A stretch of 64,000 nt of DNA from Veillonella sp. (GCF_018364065.1 NZ_JAGZMO010000002.1:271181-335180), one strand, 5' to 3'; numbered from the stretch's first letter, positions 28,885-40,031 are shown. Translations and numbers: made by a program. Notes: generated from the letters alone by a model not told the origin.

Positions 28885-29673
28885 ATGCTGGGAGCGATTA
28901 TTGGTGACATTGTAGGATCTCGTTTTGAATGGGATAATATTAAGACCAAAGAGTTTACGTTTTTTTCTGAAAAATGCTGGTTTACCGATGATACAGTGTT
29001 AACCATTGCTATCGGCGATGCGTTGATGAAGGCCGGTCCTGATTTAGATGACATTCGTGATACCGTGGTGGCCAATTTGCAGATTATGGGCCGCTGTTAT
29101 GTTGAAATGGATTACGGCAGCATGTTCCGCGAATGGCTGTTCAGTGCTGATCCGGCCCCTTACAACAGTTTTGGCAACGGCTCGGCCATGCGCGTTAGTG
29201 CCTGTGCCTATGTAGGCCGGTCTTTGCCCGAAGTATTAGATCTGGCCAGAGCTGTAACCGATGTTACTCACAATCATCCGGAAGGTATCGACGGCGCACT
29301 CGCTACGGCCGCTGCCATTTATATGGCCCGTACCGGTGCAAGCAAAGAGGAGATTCGTCAGTATATTTCTGAAAATTATTACGATCTAGACTTTACCATT
29401 GATGAAATTCGTCCTACTTATGAATTTGAAGGAGGCTGTTTACGTACAGTGCCTCAGGCCATTGTAGCCTTCCTGGAGTCTAGGGACTTTGAAGATGCCA
29501 TTCGCAATGTTATCTCCATCGGCGGTGACAGCGATACCTTGGCAGCCATTACAGGCGCTATCGCCGGCGCATACTACGGCATTTCAGAAGAAGTGAGACA
29601 GACTGCCTTATCTTATTTAGATGTGCCTTTGCTAAATCTTTATTTGCTCTTTGAACAACGCTATATGAAATAA
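28885..29673 (+). CDS. ADP-ribosylglycohydrolase family protein, paralog B (tandem duplicate, ~65-70% aa identity to A)
   Basis: Same length and motifs (GAIIGDIVGSRFEW, SIGGDSDT); own AAGGAGG RBS. Confidence 0.6.
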   Translation: MLGAIIGDIVGSRFEWDNIKTKEFTFFSEKCWFTDDTVLTIAIGDALMKAGPDLDDIRDTVVANLQIMGRCYVEMDYGSMFREWLFSADPAPYNSFGNGSAMRVSACAYVGRSLPEVLDLARAVTDVTHNHPEGIDGALATAAAIYMARTGASKEEIRQYISENYYDLDFTIDEIRPTYEFEGGCLRTVPQAIVAFLESRDFEDAIRNVISIGGDSDTLAAITGAIAGAYYGISEEVRQTALSYLDVPLLNLYLLFEQRYMK

Positions 29674-29710
29674 GGTTATTCCATAAACTGAATTGTATTT
29701 ACCATAAAAT

Positions 29711-29758
29711 AAGCCCTCCGGAAAGTAGATATTACATCTGCCTTTCGGAGGGCTTTTA
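29711..29758. terminator. bidirectional terminator between ARH-B (+) and the SDR gene (-)
   Basis: aagccctccggaaag...ctttcggagggctt hairpin flanked by A/T runs. Confidence 0.8.
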
Positions 29759-29788
29759 ATCACCACAAAGAGTATTTATAGGATCTTC

Positions 29789-30562
29789 TTATTTTTGTTT
29801 TTTAGCAACCATAAAGCCTGTTGCCTGTTGGTTCGCCATGATAACGATGTCGGAGATCTGAACGCGACGTGGCTGGTTGGCTGCGAATAGAATAATATCA
29901 GCAATGTCTTCCGCCTGCAAAGCTTCTACGCCGGCATATACATTGGCTGCTTTGTCTTTATCGCCATGGAAACGCACTTCGCTAAAAGGTGTTTCTACGA
30001 TACCGGGCTGAATCGTTGTTGTCTTAATGTCAGTTTCGATTGTATCGATGCGGATACCGTCGCTCAATGTTTTAACAGCCGCTTTAGTAGCGCAGTATAC
30101 GGCGCCTTTTGCGTACGCATAAATGCCTGCTGTGGAACCCAAGTTAATAATGTGGCCTGCATTTTTTTCTTTCATGTAAGGTAAAATCGTACGAGTTACG
30201 TATAAAAGGCCCAATACGTTAGTGTGAATCATCGTTTCAATGTCGTCGAGCGAGCTTTCTTCGAAAGAATCAAGACCTTGCGCAAGCCCGGCGTTATTTA
30301 CAAGAATATCGATGCCGCCTGCTTCTTCCACTACTTTAGGGAGTACGGACGTTACTGCTGCGCGATCGGATACGTCCAAAGTGAATACAGTAACTTTTAC
30401 GCCATGAGCCGCTTCGAGCTCTTTCTTCAATTCGTCCAATACTTGTTGGCGACGGGCACAAAGCAATAAATTATCCCCATTCTTGGCAAATGCTTCTGCC
30501 GTTGCACGGCCATTCCCTGATGTTGCGCCTGTAATCAATACGTTTCGACTCATTGTCATCAC
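29789..30562 (-). CDS. SDR-family NADP-dependent oxidoreductase (YdfG-like)
   Basis: TGATSGNG Rossmann motif, catalytic YxxxK (YCATKAA), 257 aa. Confidence 0.8.
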   Translation of the reverse strand: MMTMSRNVLITGATSGNGRATAEAFAKNGDNLLLCARRQQVLDELKKELEAAHGVKVTVFTLDVSDRAAVTSVLPKVVEEAGGIDILVNNAGLAQGLDSFEESSLDDIETMIHTNVLGLLYVTRTILPYMKEKNAGHIINLGSTAGIYAYAKGAVYCATKAAVKTLSDGIRIDTIETDIKTTTIQPGIVETPFSEVRFHGDKDKAANVYAGVEALQAEDIADIILFAANQPRRVQISDIVIMANQQATGFMVAKKQK

Positions 30563-30737
30563 TCCTTTGTTGACTTCAGATTCATATATAGCCTTTTATA
30601 TCCCTAACTAATCCGGACGAAATATCTAAAGCTCTTACTATATACAACCTGATAAACACCTCAATTTAATACCATAGTAATATGAAACAAGACACTTTGC
30701 AAATAATTAACGCAAAGTGTCTTGTTTTTATTTTATA

Positions 30738-32009
30738 TTACCACCATTCATTGATGAATGTTTTTTGTTTCGGATAAAGTTTATCCAAGGCTTCCACGAA
30801 GATTTCGCAGCCTGCCGGAATGTCCAATTTGCCTTCGAAAACGAGTTCGCTGGCGGTCATGCGGCCCATGAGGATGAGGCTCAACGCCCCTACGCTGATG
30901 GTCGGAATCGGACTGGTCAATGCAGTAGTGTCTTCCACGCGGCTTGCCTGCACTTTGTAGTCCTTTGTAATAGTCAATACGAACACATCGTCATTCCAAT
31001 CTACCAATGGGTCCGTAACGCGTACAGCAAACGCAGCCAAGCCCTTGCTGAGGAATTCTTTCGCTCCGTCAGTAGAGGCAGGAACCTGGGAAATGGCCAA
31101 CGGCACATCCACAATGCGGCTCATCATGTAAGGCATGGTCGTATGGCCGGATTTTCCGTCCGGATGGAAGATATAGGATTCATCGCTCATGCCTTCGTTC
31201 CAGCGAATGGAGCTACCCTGAGAGCGATGGTTATAGAAGAAGTTTAACAGACCGCGCTGTGCGCGACGGGTCGTATACACAAATTCGGTCACAGGTATTT
31301 CTTCAGCACCTAATCGATACATAGCATAGCCTTCAATCGGAGGTAATGCCTTGCCCTGTGCACCATGAGGTGCTGCAGTGCCGTCTTCATCGGTCACCGG
31401 GCCGCGCACATAAGCAACGCGTACGCCTTCTGCAAAAAGGCTTTCCAACAAGCGGGTCCACTCTTTTTCACCGCGCACGGCATAACCGGTCAAATTCTTC
31501 GTGTACTGTTCGTACACCGGTGCCAACAACGGCCATTCGCTTGCCTCCTTAATGAGGCCGAATTCCATCGTCTTGTCAGTTAACGCACGCAACTCTTCCA
31601 ATGGCAAAGTCTGTACCCATTGATGAGCATAGAGATCCCAGCCGTACTGTTGGTAGAACGCCGCTTTGGAAGGCATAAGAATGGTAATTCCCTGCTTGCG
31701 CTCTTTCAATTCTTCCAGAGAACTTTTCAACAAACGGCCGCCAATACCGCCACGACGGGCTACCGGATCAGTAGCAACGCCTACCATGTAACTCACAGGA
31801 CGCACGGCACCGCGAATATTCAGATTGTACTGACGCAAGTGCACCATGCCGGCCAATAAGTCTCCTTCATAGCCCACCAATGTATGTTCCGGTTCATACG
31901 CTTTTTCAAAATAATATTTGAAAAACGGTGTGTCCTCTGTTTCAAAACAGTAGTCCCATAAGCCTTTAACCGCCGCTGTATCTTTCTCTGTGGCAATTCT
32001 AAATTCCAT
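30738..32009 (-). CDS. GNAT-family N-acetyltransferase with C-terminal SCP2-like domain (Eis-like)
   Basis: 423 aa; N-terminal GNAT fold with RRGGIGGRLL acetyl-CoA loop; overall architecture resembles Eis/GNAT+SCP2 proteins. Confidence 0.6.
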   Translation of the reverse strand: MEFRIATEKDTAAVKGLWDYCFETEDTPFFKYYFEKAYEPEHTLVGYEGDLLAGMVHLRQYNLNIRGAVRPVSYMVGVATDPVARRGGIGGRLLKSSLEELKERKQGITILMPSKAAFYQQYGWDLYAHQWVQTLPLEELRALTDKTMEFGLIKEASEWPLLAPVYEQYTKNLTGYAVRGEKEWTRLLESLFAEGVRVAYVRGPVTDEDGTAAPHGAQGKALPPIEGYAMYRLGAEEIPVTEFVYTTRRAQRGLLNFFYNHRSQGSSIRWNEGMSDESYIFHPDGKSGHTTMPYMMSRIVDVPLAISQVPASTDGAKEFLSKGLAAFAVRVTDPLVDWNDDVFVLTITKDYKVQASRVEDTTALTSPIPTISVGALSLILMGRMTASELVFEGKLDIPAGCEIFVEALDKLYPKQKTFINEWW

Positions 32010-32202
32010 AACTCTCCACCTTTCTATGTGTATTCTATTAACTCAATGTAATTTCACTCGTTAGACTCAATGAGTCTTTGTAAAAAAGGGAGTCCAACCG
32101 GACTCCCTTTAGTATATGCGTCAGCTAACATTTCAACGTAACAGTCATCTATTAGCCGAATTATATGCACGGTTTGCCCTTAGCCTATAGTTAAGCAATA
32201 AA

Positions 32203-33012
32203 TTAGCAAACACCTGCTTCTGCTTTTTCTTTTACGCACACGGCATCATATTTTTCCGCAAAATGATGTGGATTATATGATTCTTTTGCTTTACGCAAGC
32301 CAGGTAAGCCCATATCTTCTTCGCGGTTAACGAATTCTACATCAGCAAATTCATGACGTAAGAACTCATTGTTGATCGCCTGATATAAACCACGAATTGT
32401 AGGATTTGCCTTTTCAATGTGAATCAACGCCATGCGGTCGTTCAACATTTGACCAATTGTAAATGCTTCAATGCGGCCAAACAATTTGATAGCGCCGCCT
32501 ACAAGGCCTAATTCGTCCCAATGAGCGAAAAGCAATTTGATAGCTTCCAACTCATCTTCGATACCTTCTTCGTGATGCGTTTCCACCCAGGATTCCGCCG
32601 TAGCAATACAGTCAGCGAAAATATCATCAGTCAGCGGCATGTACTCGTAGTTCGTGTACTGCATGCGGAACTGATTCAAATGATTTTTCTTCTGGCGCAA
32701 TTTCTTGCCTGCCAACGTAATCATATCCTGTGTTAAATAAATATATTCGAAATTATCGCGGTCTGCTGTGAATTCATAGCAATCAGGACAAAGTGTCTTC
32801 ATCCGTTCCACCATAATTGGGTTAATACCTTTTAAGCTGAATGGTAAATTATTGGCTTTGAACCATTCCTTAGCCATTTCAAGACCATCCACGAATTTCG
32901 CATCTTTACCTGCAAACGGAGGTAACATGAACGGATCGCGTTTACCGCCGCCCTTAATGAAAAGTACGCCGTCTTCTTCGGCCCATTCAATACCATAGGA
33001 ATCCTGCCACAT
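32203..33012 (-). CDS. DUF2156 (MprF C-terminal-like) domain protein; the annotated ATG start probably truncates the real N-terminus (open frame continues to 33135)
   Basis: 269-aa ORF; the in-frame upstream translation ...ILDFRRFELKDKPLIDAYFAEHHYEASDCCFTTLF precedes the first ATG and reads like a genuine domain N-terminus. Confidence 0.6.
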   Translation of the reverse strand: MWQDSYGIEWAEEDGVLFIKGGGKRDPFMLPPFAGKDAKFVDGLEMAKEWFKANNLPFSLKGINPIMVERMKTLCPDCYEFTADRDNFEYIYLTQDMITLAGKKLRQKKNHLNQFRMQYTNYEYMPLTDDIFADCIATAESWVETHHEEGIEDELEAIKLLFAHWDELGLVGGAIKLFGRIEAFTIGQMLNDRMALIHIEKANPTIRGLYQAINNEFLRHEFADVEFVNREEDMGLPGLRKAKESYNPHHFAEKYDAVCVKEKAEAGVC

Positions 33013-33314
33013 AAATAAAGTGGTAAAACAACAGTCGGATGCTTCATAGTGATGCTCAGCAAAGTAAGCATCGATTAATGGTTTATCTTTTAATTCAAAA
33101 CGTCTAAAATCTAAAATCTGAATCGCCCCCTGAAACTATATTAGTAAAAGTTAGCCCATAACGGGCGAACTCTTTAATTATACTACACTATGTTTAAATT
33201 TTAAATTGATTAATCATCATATATATTGAACTCGATTATAGAAACGACTCTTGTTATAAGTGCTATATCTATATATCGAATTTTTTATATATATGTATTT
33301 TACCATAAAATTGT

Positions 33315-33356
33315 ACAAAATACAAAAGAAGAATGCCCTATTTAGAGCATTCTTCT
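33315..33356 (-). terminator. terminator after gyrA
   Basis: agaagaatgc...gcattcttct hairpin plus U-run on the minus strand. Confidence 0.7.
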
Positions 33357-33470
33357 GTAAAATTTTTATAGATGACTTACAAAAACGGGTCATATGATTT
33401 TCGCCGTTAGAGTCGGACTTACTGTTCCGCATCAATTTTATAAGTGGTATTTTAAAACCATCAGTTTCAC

Positions 33471-35939
33471 TTAAACTGTTTCATCTTCCAACTCGGATTT
33501 GGCAATGATAGCTACGGATGCCACTTTATCGCCCGGATCCAGGTTCTGCGTCTTAACGCCGGAGATAGCTTTGCCTTTCTTAATGGCAATGTCGCTCATG
33601 TCGAAGCGAATAATCTTGCCCTGTTCAGAAATCAGCATTACTTCATCGTCGTCAGTCACAATTTCCACGGCCACTACATCACCTGTTTTGTCGGTAATAC
33701 GGAAGTTTTTCGTTCCTTTGCCGCCGCGTTTTTGAAGTGTGTACGCATCTTCGCTGTTTCGTTTTCCAAAGCCTTCTTCACTGATTGTGAATACCTGGCA
33801 TACTTCGCCGGTGCCGTTGATGATGCCTGCACCAACAACTTCGTCGCCGGCATTAAGTTTAATGCCGCGAACGCCTTGTGCGGAGCGTTTCATCAAGCGC
33901 GCGTCTTCTTCGCTGAAGCGGATTGCCATACCTTTGCGAGTGCCGATGAGTACATCCTGACCACCTTCTGTAATACATACAGAAATGAGTCGGTCTTCTT
34001 CACCGAGGGAAATCGCATTGAGACCGCTGCGACGAATATTGCGGTATTCTTCAATGGACGTACGTTTCACCACGCCATGTTTCGTTACGAGGAAGAGGTT
34101 CAAGTCATGATTTACTGTTTCCAGGTCAATCATAGTCGTTACCGCTTCACCTACATTGAGAGGCAATACGTTAATAATTGCCGTACCGCGTGAATTGCGG
34201 CTCGATGCTTCTGGTACTTCGTAACCTTTCAGGCGATATGCACGGCCCGCCGTTGTGAAGAACAACAAGGTGTTGTGCGTACGAACGTGAAGGATTTGAA
34301 CTACATAGTCATCTTCCTTCGTCTTCATACCTACAACGCCTACGCCGCCTTTGTGCTGGTTGCGATATACATTGGCGTTCATGCGTTTAATATAACCCTG
34401 ACGAGTTAAGGTAATTACCATTTCTTCGTCAGCAATTAAATCTTCCACATCAAGCTCGGATGTATCAATCGTAATTTCACTGCGACGTTCGTCACCGTAT
34501 TTATGTTTCATGTCGGTCAATTCATCTTTGATGATACCGCGTTGACGGTCTTCGCTGGCAAGAATCGCTTTCAAATCAGCAATTAACAATTCTAACTGCT
34601 TGTATTCTTCTTCGATTTTTTCGCGTTCCAAACCGGTCAAACGACGTAAACGCATATCGAGAATCGCCACGGCCTGTTTTTCAGTGAGGCCGAACTTGCT
34701 CATCAAGCTGTTCTTCGCAATTTCATCAGTTTCAGACGCGCGAATTGTAGCGATAACTTCGTCGATATGATCAAGAGCAATTAATAAACCTTCTAAAATG
34801 TGCGCACGAGCTTCCGCTTTGGCCAGTTCGAACTGTGTGCGGCGAACAATAACGCCCAAACGATGGTTTAAGTAGTGAGTCAACACTTCTTTTAGAGTCA
34901 ATACTTTTGGATGACCATCCACCAAAGCCAGCATAATTACGCCGAAAGACTCTTGAAGTTGTGTGTGTTTGTATAATTTGTTGAGCACAATATCCGGCTG
35001 CACGTCGGCGCGTAATTCAACAACGATACGCATACCGCGGCGGTCAGATTCATCGCGCAAGGCAGTAATGCCGTCAATCACTTTATCGCGGCTCAATTCG
35101 GCAATCGTTTCAATAACGCGCGCCTTATTTACCTGATAAGGGATTTCCGTCACAACAATGCGATGTTTGCCCTTGTTCATTTCTTCGATTGTAGCGCGGG
35201 CACGCATTTTAATACTGCCGCGACCGGTGCTGTACGCTTTCTTAATGCCTTCGCGGCCCAAGATCAACGCACCTGTCGGGAAGTCCGGACCTTTTACAGC
35301 AGTCATCAACTGATCCACTGTTACATCCGGATTATCGATTAACATAATCAAGCCATCCGCTACTTCGTTCAAGTTGTGCGGTGGAATGTTTGTAGCCATC
35401 CCTACGGCAATACCGGACGAACCGTTAATCAACAAGTTTGGAATCTTGGCAGGAAGCACTGTCGGTTCCTGTAAAGATTCGTCGTAGTTCGGCATGAAAT
35501 CTACCGTATCCTTGTCGATATCGGCTAACATTTCCGTAGTGATGCGAGTCATACGAACTTCTGTATAACGCATCGCCGCAGCGGAGTCGCCGTCGATGGA
35601 GCCGAAGTTACCATGACCATCAACCAACAGGTAACGGGTATTGAAATCCTGCGCCAAACGAACGGTTGCGCCATATACGGAGCTATCACCGTGCGGATGG
35701 TATTTACCAAGTACATCCCCGACGATACGGGCAGATTTCTTATATGGTTTGTTAGGGGTCATACCTGTTTCCTGCATCGCATATAAAATACGACGATGTA
35801 CAGGTTTCAGACCGTCTCTTACATCCGGCAAGGCACGCATAACGATTACGCTCATGGCATAATCGATATAGGAGCTCTTCATTTCTTTATCAATCTGGAT
35901 GGGCTCTATTTTCCCATGACTCCAGGTCGTTTCCTCCAC
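33471..35939 (-). CDS. gyrA: DNA gyrase subunit A
   Basis: 822 aa; active-site region [17 protein letters not shown]-terminal beta-pinwheel with GyrA box QKRGGKG. Confidence 0.95.
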   Translation of the reverse strand: MEETTWSHGKIEPIQIDKEMKSSYIDYAMSVIVMRALPDVRDGLKPVHRRILYAMQETGMTPNKPYKKSARIVGDVLGKYHPHGDSSVYGATVRLAQDFNTRYLLVDGHGNFGSIDGDSAAAMRYTEVRMTRITTEMLADIDKDTVDFMPNYDESLQEPTVLPAKIPNLLINGSSGIAVGMATNIPPHNLNEVADGLIMLIDNPDVTVDQLMTAVKGPDFPTGALILGREGIKKAYSTGRGSIKMRARATIEEMNKGKHRIVVTEIPYQVNKARVIETIAELSRDKVIDGITALRDESDRRGMRIVVELRADVQPDIVLNKLYKHTQLQESFGVIMLALVDGHPKVLTLKEVLTHYLNHRLGVIVRRTQFELAKAEARAHILEGLLIALDHIDEVIATIRASETDEIAKNSLMSKFGLTEKQAVAILDMRLRRLTGLEREKIEEEYKQLELLIADLKAILASEDRQRGIIKDELTDMKHKYGDERRSEITIDTSELDVEDLIADEEMVITLTRQGYIKRMNANVYRNQHKGGVGVVGMKTKEDDYVVQILHVRTHNTLLFFTTAGRAYRLKGYEVPEASSRNSRGTAIINVLPLNVGEAVTTMIDLETVNHDLNLFLVTKHGVVKRTSIEEYRNIRRSGLNAISLGEEDRLISVCITEGGQDVLIGTRKGMAIRFSEEDARLMKRSAQGVRGIKLNAGDEVVGAGIINGTGEVCQVFTISEEGFGKRNSEDAYTLQKRGGKGTKNFRITDKTGDVVAVEIVTDDDEVMLISEQGKIIRFDMSDIAIKKGKAISGVKTQNLDPGDKVASVAIIAKSELEDETV

Positions 35940-36248
35940 AGTCTCACCTCATTTAAAAATAACTAATCCTAATTTTGCTATTATAATTTATTTTATTCGC
36001 AACGTATATTATACCATTTTTCAGACTTTCTGGCTACTCAAAAGCCCAAAGAGACCGCAGTTTTCAGGGAATTGTACACATTCGTGCCCCTGTGAAAATC
36101 TCTTCAAAATGAGTACAAACAGGTTTTAATTATAACGTTTTTTGTTGGGCAAAGATAGAACCATTTTTTAGTTCTATTATTTAATTGCCTATTGCCTATT
36201 TTCTATTCGTTCCTATCATTCCTCAATTGTAGCGTTCAACGCTATATG

Positions 36249-36575
36249 TTAACGCGGATAATACATTATGACGAGAACCCCTATCAGGGCAATAAGACCG
36301 CCCACAATATCCGCCATATCGGGCACCACTTTATCTACCTGCCAGCCCCACAGAATGGAGAGAACAATGAAAATACCGCCATAGGCCGCATAAACACGTC
36401 CGAAGTTAGCTGTCTGCAGTGTTGGAATAATACCGTATAAAATCAGAATGATGGCACCGCAAATAAAGTACCATATGCCTTTATTCTCTTTCAGGGCAAG
36501 CCACACTAAATAACCGCCGCCAATTTCACAGAGGCCGGCTACGAGGAAAAAGATCAGTGATTTTACAATGTCCAT
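36249..36575 (-). CDS. ynfA: YnfA/UPF0060-family small membrane protein
   Basis: 108 aa, 4 TM helices, GGGYLVW motif. Confidence 0.75.
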   Translation of the reverse strand: MDIVKSLIFFLVAGLCEIGGGYLVWLALKENKGIWYFICGAIILILYGIIPTLQTANFGRVYAAYGGIFIVLSILWGWQVDKVVPDMADIVGGLIALIGVLVIMYYPR

Positions 36576-36576
36576 T

Positions 36577-37773
36577 TTATATCTCCTTTTCCAGCATCAG
36601 CCCGTCCAATCGATTCATGCGGAAGTCTTCCACCACCTGCATGAACTGTTCATTGTGAATCGGGTTATAATCGGTACCATATAAATGGCTGTCACAGTCG
36701 CAGTCGCTACTGCCGAATCCGGCTACACTCCACTGTGCAATGCCTTTCATGGCGCGGCTCAATTCACATTCCAAATCGGAACTGCTGCGAATTGGCAGGG
36801 CCGCCACCACTTCACAATGAGAGCGGAAATAATCTAAATGCCAATGAAGCTTTTTACGTTTTCTCTTGTGCCGTTCTAGGCGCTTCGCCAAATTAGCCTT
36901 CGCCGAGCCTACGTATGTATAATAGCCCGCTTTAAAATGCATCATACCCTTGCTGCCTATTTCCAGATCCATGTCTTCCGGCAATTGCAGCACGACAAAG
37001 TAATCGCCGCGATCCTGGCCCTCCTGAGCCACCACATCGCCATTATATGTACATTGGCGTATCACTTCAGGCATAGTGAATCTATCGGTCCATTTTACCG
37101 CTACCGCTTTCCAGTCGAGTACCGGCGCCACCTCCTTAAATGTCTCTGCGAAAGCTAAATCCGTATGATAGTCCGGCAGGAACCAATGAGCTCTGTCCCA
37201 TTGTACAAGGAATAAAATGCCGGTCCTATATCCCTCCGCTTGAAGGTCGCGCAGATGGAGCAAATGCTTACGCCCCCGCTCCGTAATGGCATCGGGGAAC
37301 ATGGCCCCCTTATGACTGAACAAGGTGCAGGATTTTACTTCCAATAGAAATTTATCCCCTTGCTCATTTCCTAGCAGAAGATCAAAACGGCTATGGCCCA
37401 CCGTATATTCACGGCGCACCACATGCCACTCTTCCCAACCTGCGATTTGTTTTGCCTCAATCAGATGAGCCGCCACATCATTACTATAGTTCGTGTCCAA
37501 CATAATCGGCACACCATCGCGCTCAATGCCGATAACGCGGAATTTCGTCTTTGCCCCTGCTTTTTCATGAGGTGCCACATACATAATCACGCCCGAAAAC
37601 AGCAGCTCCCACATGCGCCCCGGATTTGGTAAATGTGCCGCCACCGTATTGGTCTCCGAATTAACGGCCTGATTTGTGCTGTCATCATGATCAAGAATTT
37701 CTATGTTTACTACAAAACGATTGGGACGATCAACAAATCGCCCCTTTAAAATAGTTGTATATAATGGTGTCAT
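36577..37773 (-). CDS. sfsA: SfsA (sugar fermentation stimulation / nuclease-fold DNA-binding) N-terminal domain fused to a C-terminal DUF123 (GIY-YIG superfamily) domain
   Basis: N-terminal ~230 aa match SfsA ([11 protein letters not shown]..., [18 protein letters not shown]); C-terminal ~160 aa carry DUF123 hallmarks GYYTYVGSA...RLERH...KLHWHLDYF. Confidence 0.7.
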   Translation of the reverse strand: MTPLYTTILKGRFVDRPNRFVVNIEILDHDDSTNQAVNSETNTVAAHLPNPGRMWELLFSGVIMYVAPHEKAGAKTKFRVIGIERDGVPIMLDTNYSNDVAAHLIEAKQIAGWEEWHVVRREYTVGHSRFDLLLGNEQGDKFLLEVKSCTLFSHKGAMFPDAITERGRKHLLHLRDLQAEGYRTGILFLVQWDRAHWFLPDYHTDLAFAETFKEVAPVLDWKAVAVKWTDRFTMPEVIRQCTYNGDVVAQEGQDRGDYFVVLQLPEDMDLEIGSKGMMHFKAGYYTYVGSAKANLAKRLERHKRKRKKLHWHLDYFRSHCEVVAALPIRSSSDLECELSRAMKGIAQWSVAGFGSSDCDCDSHLYGTDYNPIHNEQFMQVVEDFRMNRLDGLMLEKEI

Positions 37774-37847
37774 TTCCTATACCCTTATTTGCTATTTAAT
37801 GATAATTATTATAAAATTCAGGAGAAAGTATATCTAATTTTTTAAAA

Positions 37848-37891
37848 ATGTAGCCTCTGCTACATACAATACGATGTACTTCGCCTATAAT
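37848..37891 (+). promoter_or_regulatory. 18-bp palindrome ATGTAGCCTCTGCTACAT overlapping the -35 region of a TATAAT (37886..37891) promoter for the nirA-like operon
   Basis: Perfect 7-bp inverted arms; -10 hexamer 20 bp downstream. Confidence 0.4.
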
Positions 37892-38048
37892 GTAATCATA
37901 GTCAACAAATCAGTTGGTTTTATTTCCAAACTGATTGGCCCTCTACAACAAGGCTCATAACATTAGATTAATATTGATTATATAATTCATTATACGTAGT
38001 TTATAAACTCCCGTAAAGACGGGAGCGTCAAGGGAAAGGACGATATAT

Positions 38049-39023
38049 ATGGCTCAAGTAGCAGGTAACTTACAACGCATTCGCAACGGTCAACGCCGTT
38101 ACGCAATTACTCCTCGTATTCCGGGCGGCTTCGTACAGCCCGCTTTACTTCAAAAGTTTATCGACGTGGCTAACACATTCAAAGCAACGTTAAAAATCAC
38201 CGGTGCACAACGCATCATGATTACTAATTTAAAGGCGGAAGATGTAGATCAGGCATGGGCAATGCTCGGCATGGAACCGGCTTACTCCACATCCAACCGC
38301 GTGCGCAGCGTAAAAATCTGCCCTGGCACAACATTCTGTAAACGTGCTAAACAGGACAGCGTAAAGCTGGGCATGCAATTGGAAAAATTGTACATTTCCA
38401 AAGAAATGCCATCTAAAATGAAGTTCGGTATTTCCGGTTGCCCTAACTCCTGTACTGAATCTATCACCAAAGATATCGGTGTTATAGGTACAGCTGACGG
38501 CTGGCAAGTATACGCAGGCGGCAGCGCCGGCGCACATCCTCGTTTTGCAGACTTAATCGCCGAAGTAAAAACTGAAGCTGAAGTATTAGGCCTTGTAGAA
38601 CGCATGGTTAACTATTACAAAGAAAATGCTCACATCGAACGTATCGGCGCCTTCATCGACCGCATCGGCCTCGATGTATTCAAAGAAGCTGTGCTTGGCG
38701 ACTTGGCAGGTGCAGAGCCAACTGCACCTATTATCAGCAGTGCCACCGCAACTTCCATTGAACCGGCTGTTAAATTACCGGGCAGTGCTACATTAGCGGA
38801 AGCATCCGGCCTTCAATCCGGTGAACCAATCACTGCAGACTCCATCATTCGCGAAATCATCGAAGTGTATCCAAACACAATTCCTGTATTACAATCCATC
38901 GGTATGGGCTGCCTCGGTTGTCCTTCCGCAACAGCTGAACCACTTTGGCAGGCTGCATCCATTCACGGTTTCGACGTGGATGAATTGGTTGAACGTTTGG
39001 AAACAACTCGTAAAAGCGCTTAA
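38049..39023 (+). CDS. small nitrite/sulfite-reductase-type siroheme/[4Fe-4S] domain protein fused to a C-terminal DUF1858 (redox-disulfide-like) domain
   Basis: CPGTTFC...GISGCPNSC (Cx5C...Cx3C) siroheme-FeS ligand pattern; C-terminus ...VLQSIGMGCLGCPSATAEPLWQAASIHGFD resembles DUF1858. Confidence 0.6.
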   Translation: MAQVAGNLQRIRNGQRRYAITPRIPGGFVQPALLQKFIDVANTFKATLKITGAQRIMITNLKAEDVDQAWAMLGMEPAYSTSNRVRSVKICPGTTFCKRAKQDSVKLGMQLEKLYISKEMPSKMKFGISGCPNSCTESITKDIGVIGTADGWQVYAGGSAGAHPRFADLIAEVKTEAEVLGLVERMVNYYKENAHIERIGAFIDRIGLDVFKEAVLGDLAGAEPTAPIISSATATSIEPAVKLPGSATLAEASGLQSGEPITADSIIREIIEVYPNTIPVLQSIGMGCLGCPSATAEPLWQAASIHGFDVDELVERLETTRKSA

Positions 39024-39054
39024 TATTTAATTACACTATAAAAAGGAGTCTTAC

Positions 39055-39714
39055 ATGTCAGCATTTTTAGGTCATATCCATTTTTGGTTATATAAAAAAA
39101 TCCGTCTTGTTATTGAGAGAGAACAGTTAATTTTAGACGAAAGTGAAAAACGCTTGGACGATTTGGCTACGGAGCTTCACAGCACGGCCGTTGATATTTA
39201 CGGAGCACCGATTCCGGCAGATCAACCGCTCGATACCATCATCGACCACAGCAATATTCACGGCTGGCTTCAAAGTCAAATCGACACAGCCAGCGTACGC
39301 GAAGGTACCTTCATTAAGGACCTTCTTGATTGCGGCGGTTCCGATGCGGAAGAAGCAATTCTAACCGCCTTCACTACACAAGGGGCAGCTTGTGGCACAC
39401 TCGCCAAAGAACAGCTCACTCAAGTTGGCGGTCCTCAGGACATTTACCAGGCTATGCAGGATTATTATTTGAACGGCATGCCTTGCGACGGCGGAGACGA
39501 TATTATCTCCGAATCGGAAGATGCGTTCATTTGGGAAGGGAATCATAAAAATCAGCAGCCTAACTGGGTAAAATCCGGTGTGGATCAACGCTTCATGGCA
39601 ACCGCTTACCAGGCTTGGTTTAAAGCATTCGTAAACGCTGCGGACAGCGATTATGAATTCGTAGTAGAACCAAAAGATGGGGCATTCCCTCTTTACAAAA
39701 TCGTGAAAAAATAA
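39055..39714 (+). CDS. hypothetical protein (219 aa), probably co-transcribed with 38049..39023
   Basis: 31-nt gap after the upstream gene; no recognisable motifs. Confidence 0.5.
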   Translation: MSAFLGHIHFWLYKKIRLVIEREQLILDESEKRLDDLATELHSTAVDIYGAPIPADQPLDTIIDHSNIHGWLQSQIDTASVREGTFIKDLLDCGGSDAEEAILTAFTTQGAACGTLAKEQLTQVGGPQDIYQAMQDYYLNGMPCDGGDDIISESEDAFIWEGNHKNQQPNWVKSGVDQRFMATAYQAWFKAFVNAADSDYEFVVEPKDGAFPLYKIVKK

Positions 39715-40031
39715 ATAGAGCAACAGGAGCTTATAAAATTAATCAACATAAGACTATAGGCTCATAAACCGGCTCAACGCCGGCACACAAAGATACATAT
39801 GCCGGCAGGTGCAAGTTATGATTTACAGTTATTACCCTTTCCCTTAGAACTATATCTCATTACCCTGTCGGCATTTATTTTTAACATATTCAATAGCACT
39901 GTTATTGCAGTATTATTTCAATATTATTTCAATATTATTTCACTGCTATTGCAGTACTATTACAGCTTTTATTTTCTTTAAATTTATTCACTTCACCTTT
40001 TATAATTAACACTCGAGAGGAGTTGTTCATC

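Noticed and set aside
33471-35939. ParC (topoisomerase IV) instead of GyrA, because gyrB is not adjacent
   Set aside because: C-terminal domain contains the GyrA box QKRGGKG, which is diagnostic for GyrA; gyrB is presumably near dnaN on the other side of oriC
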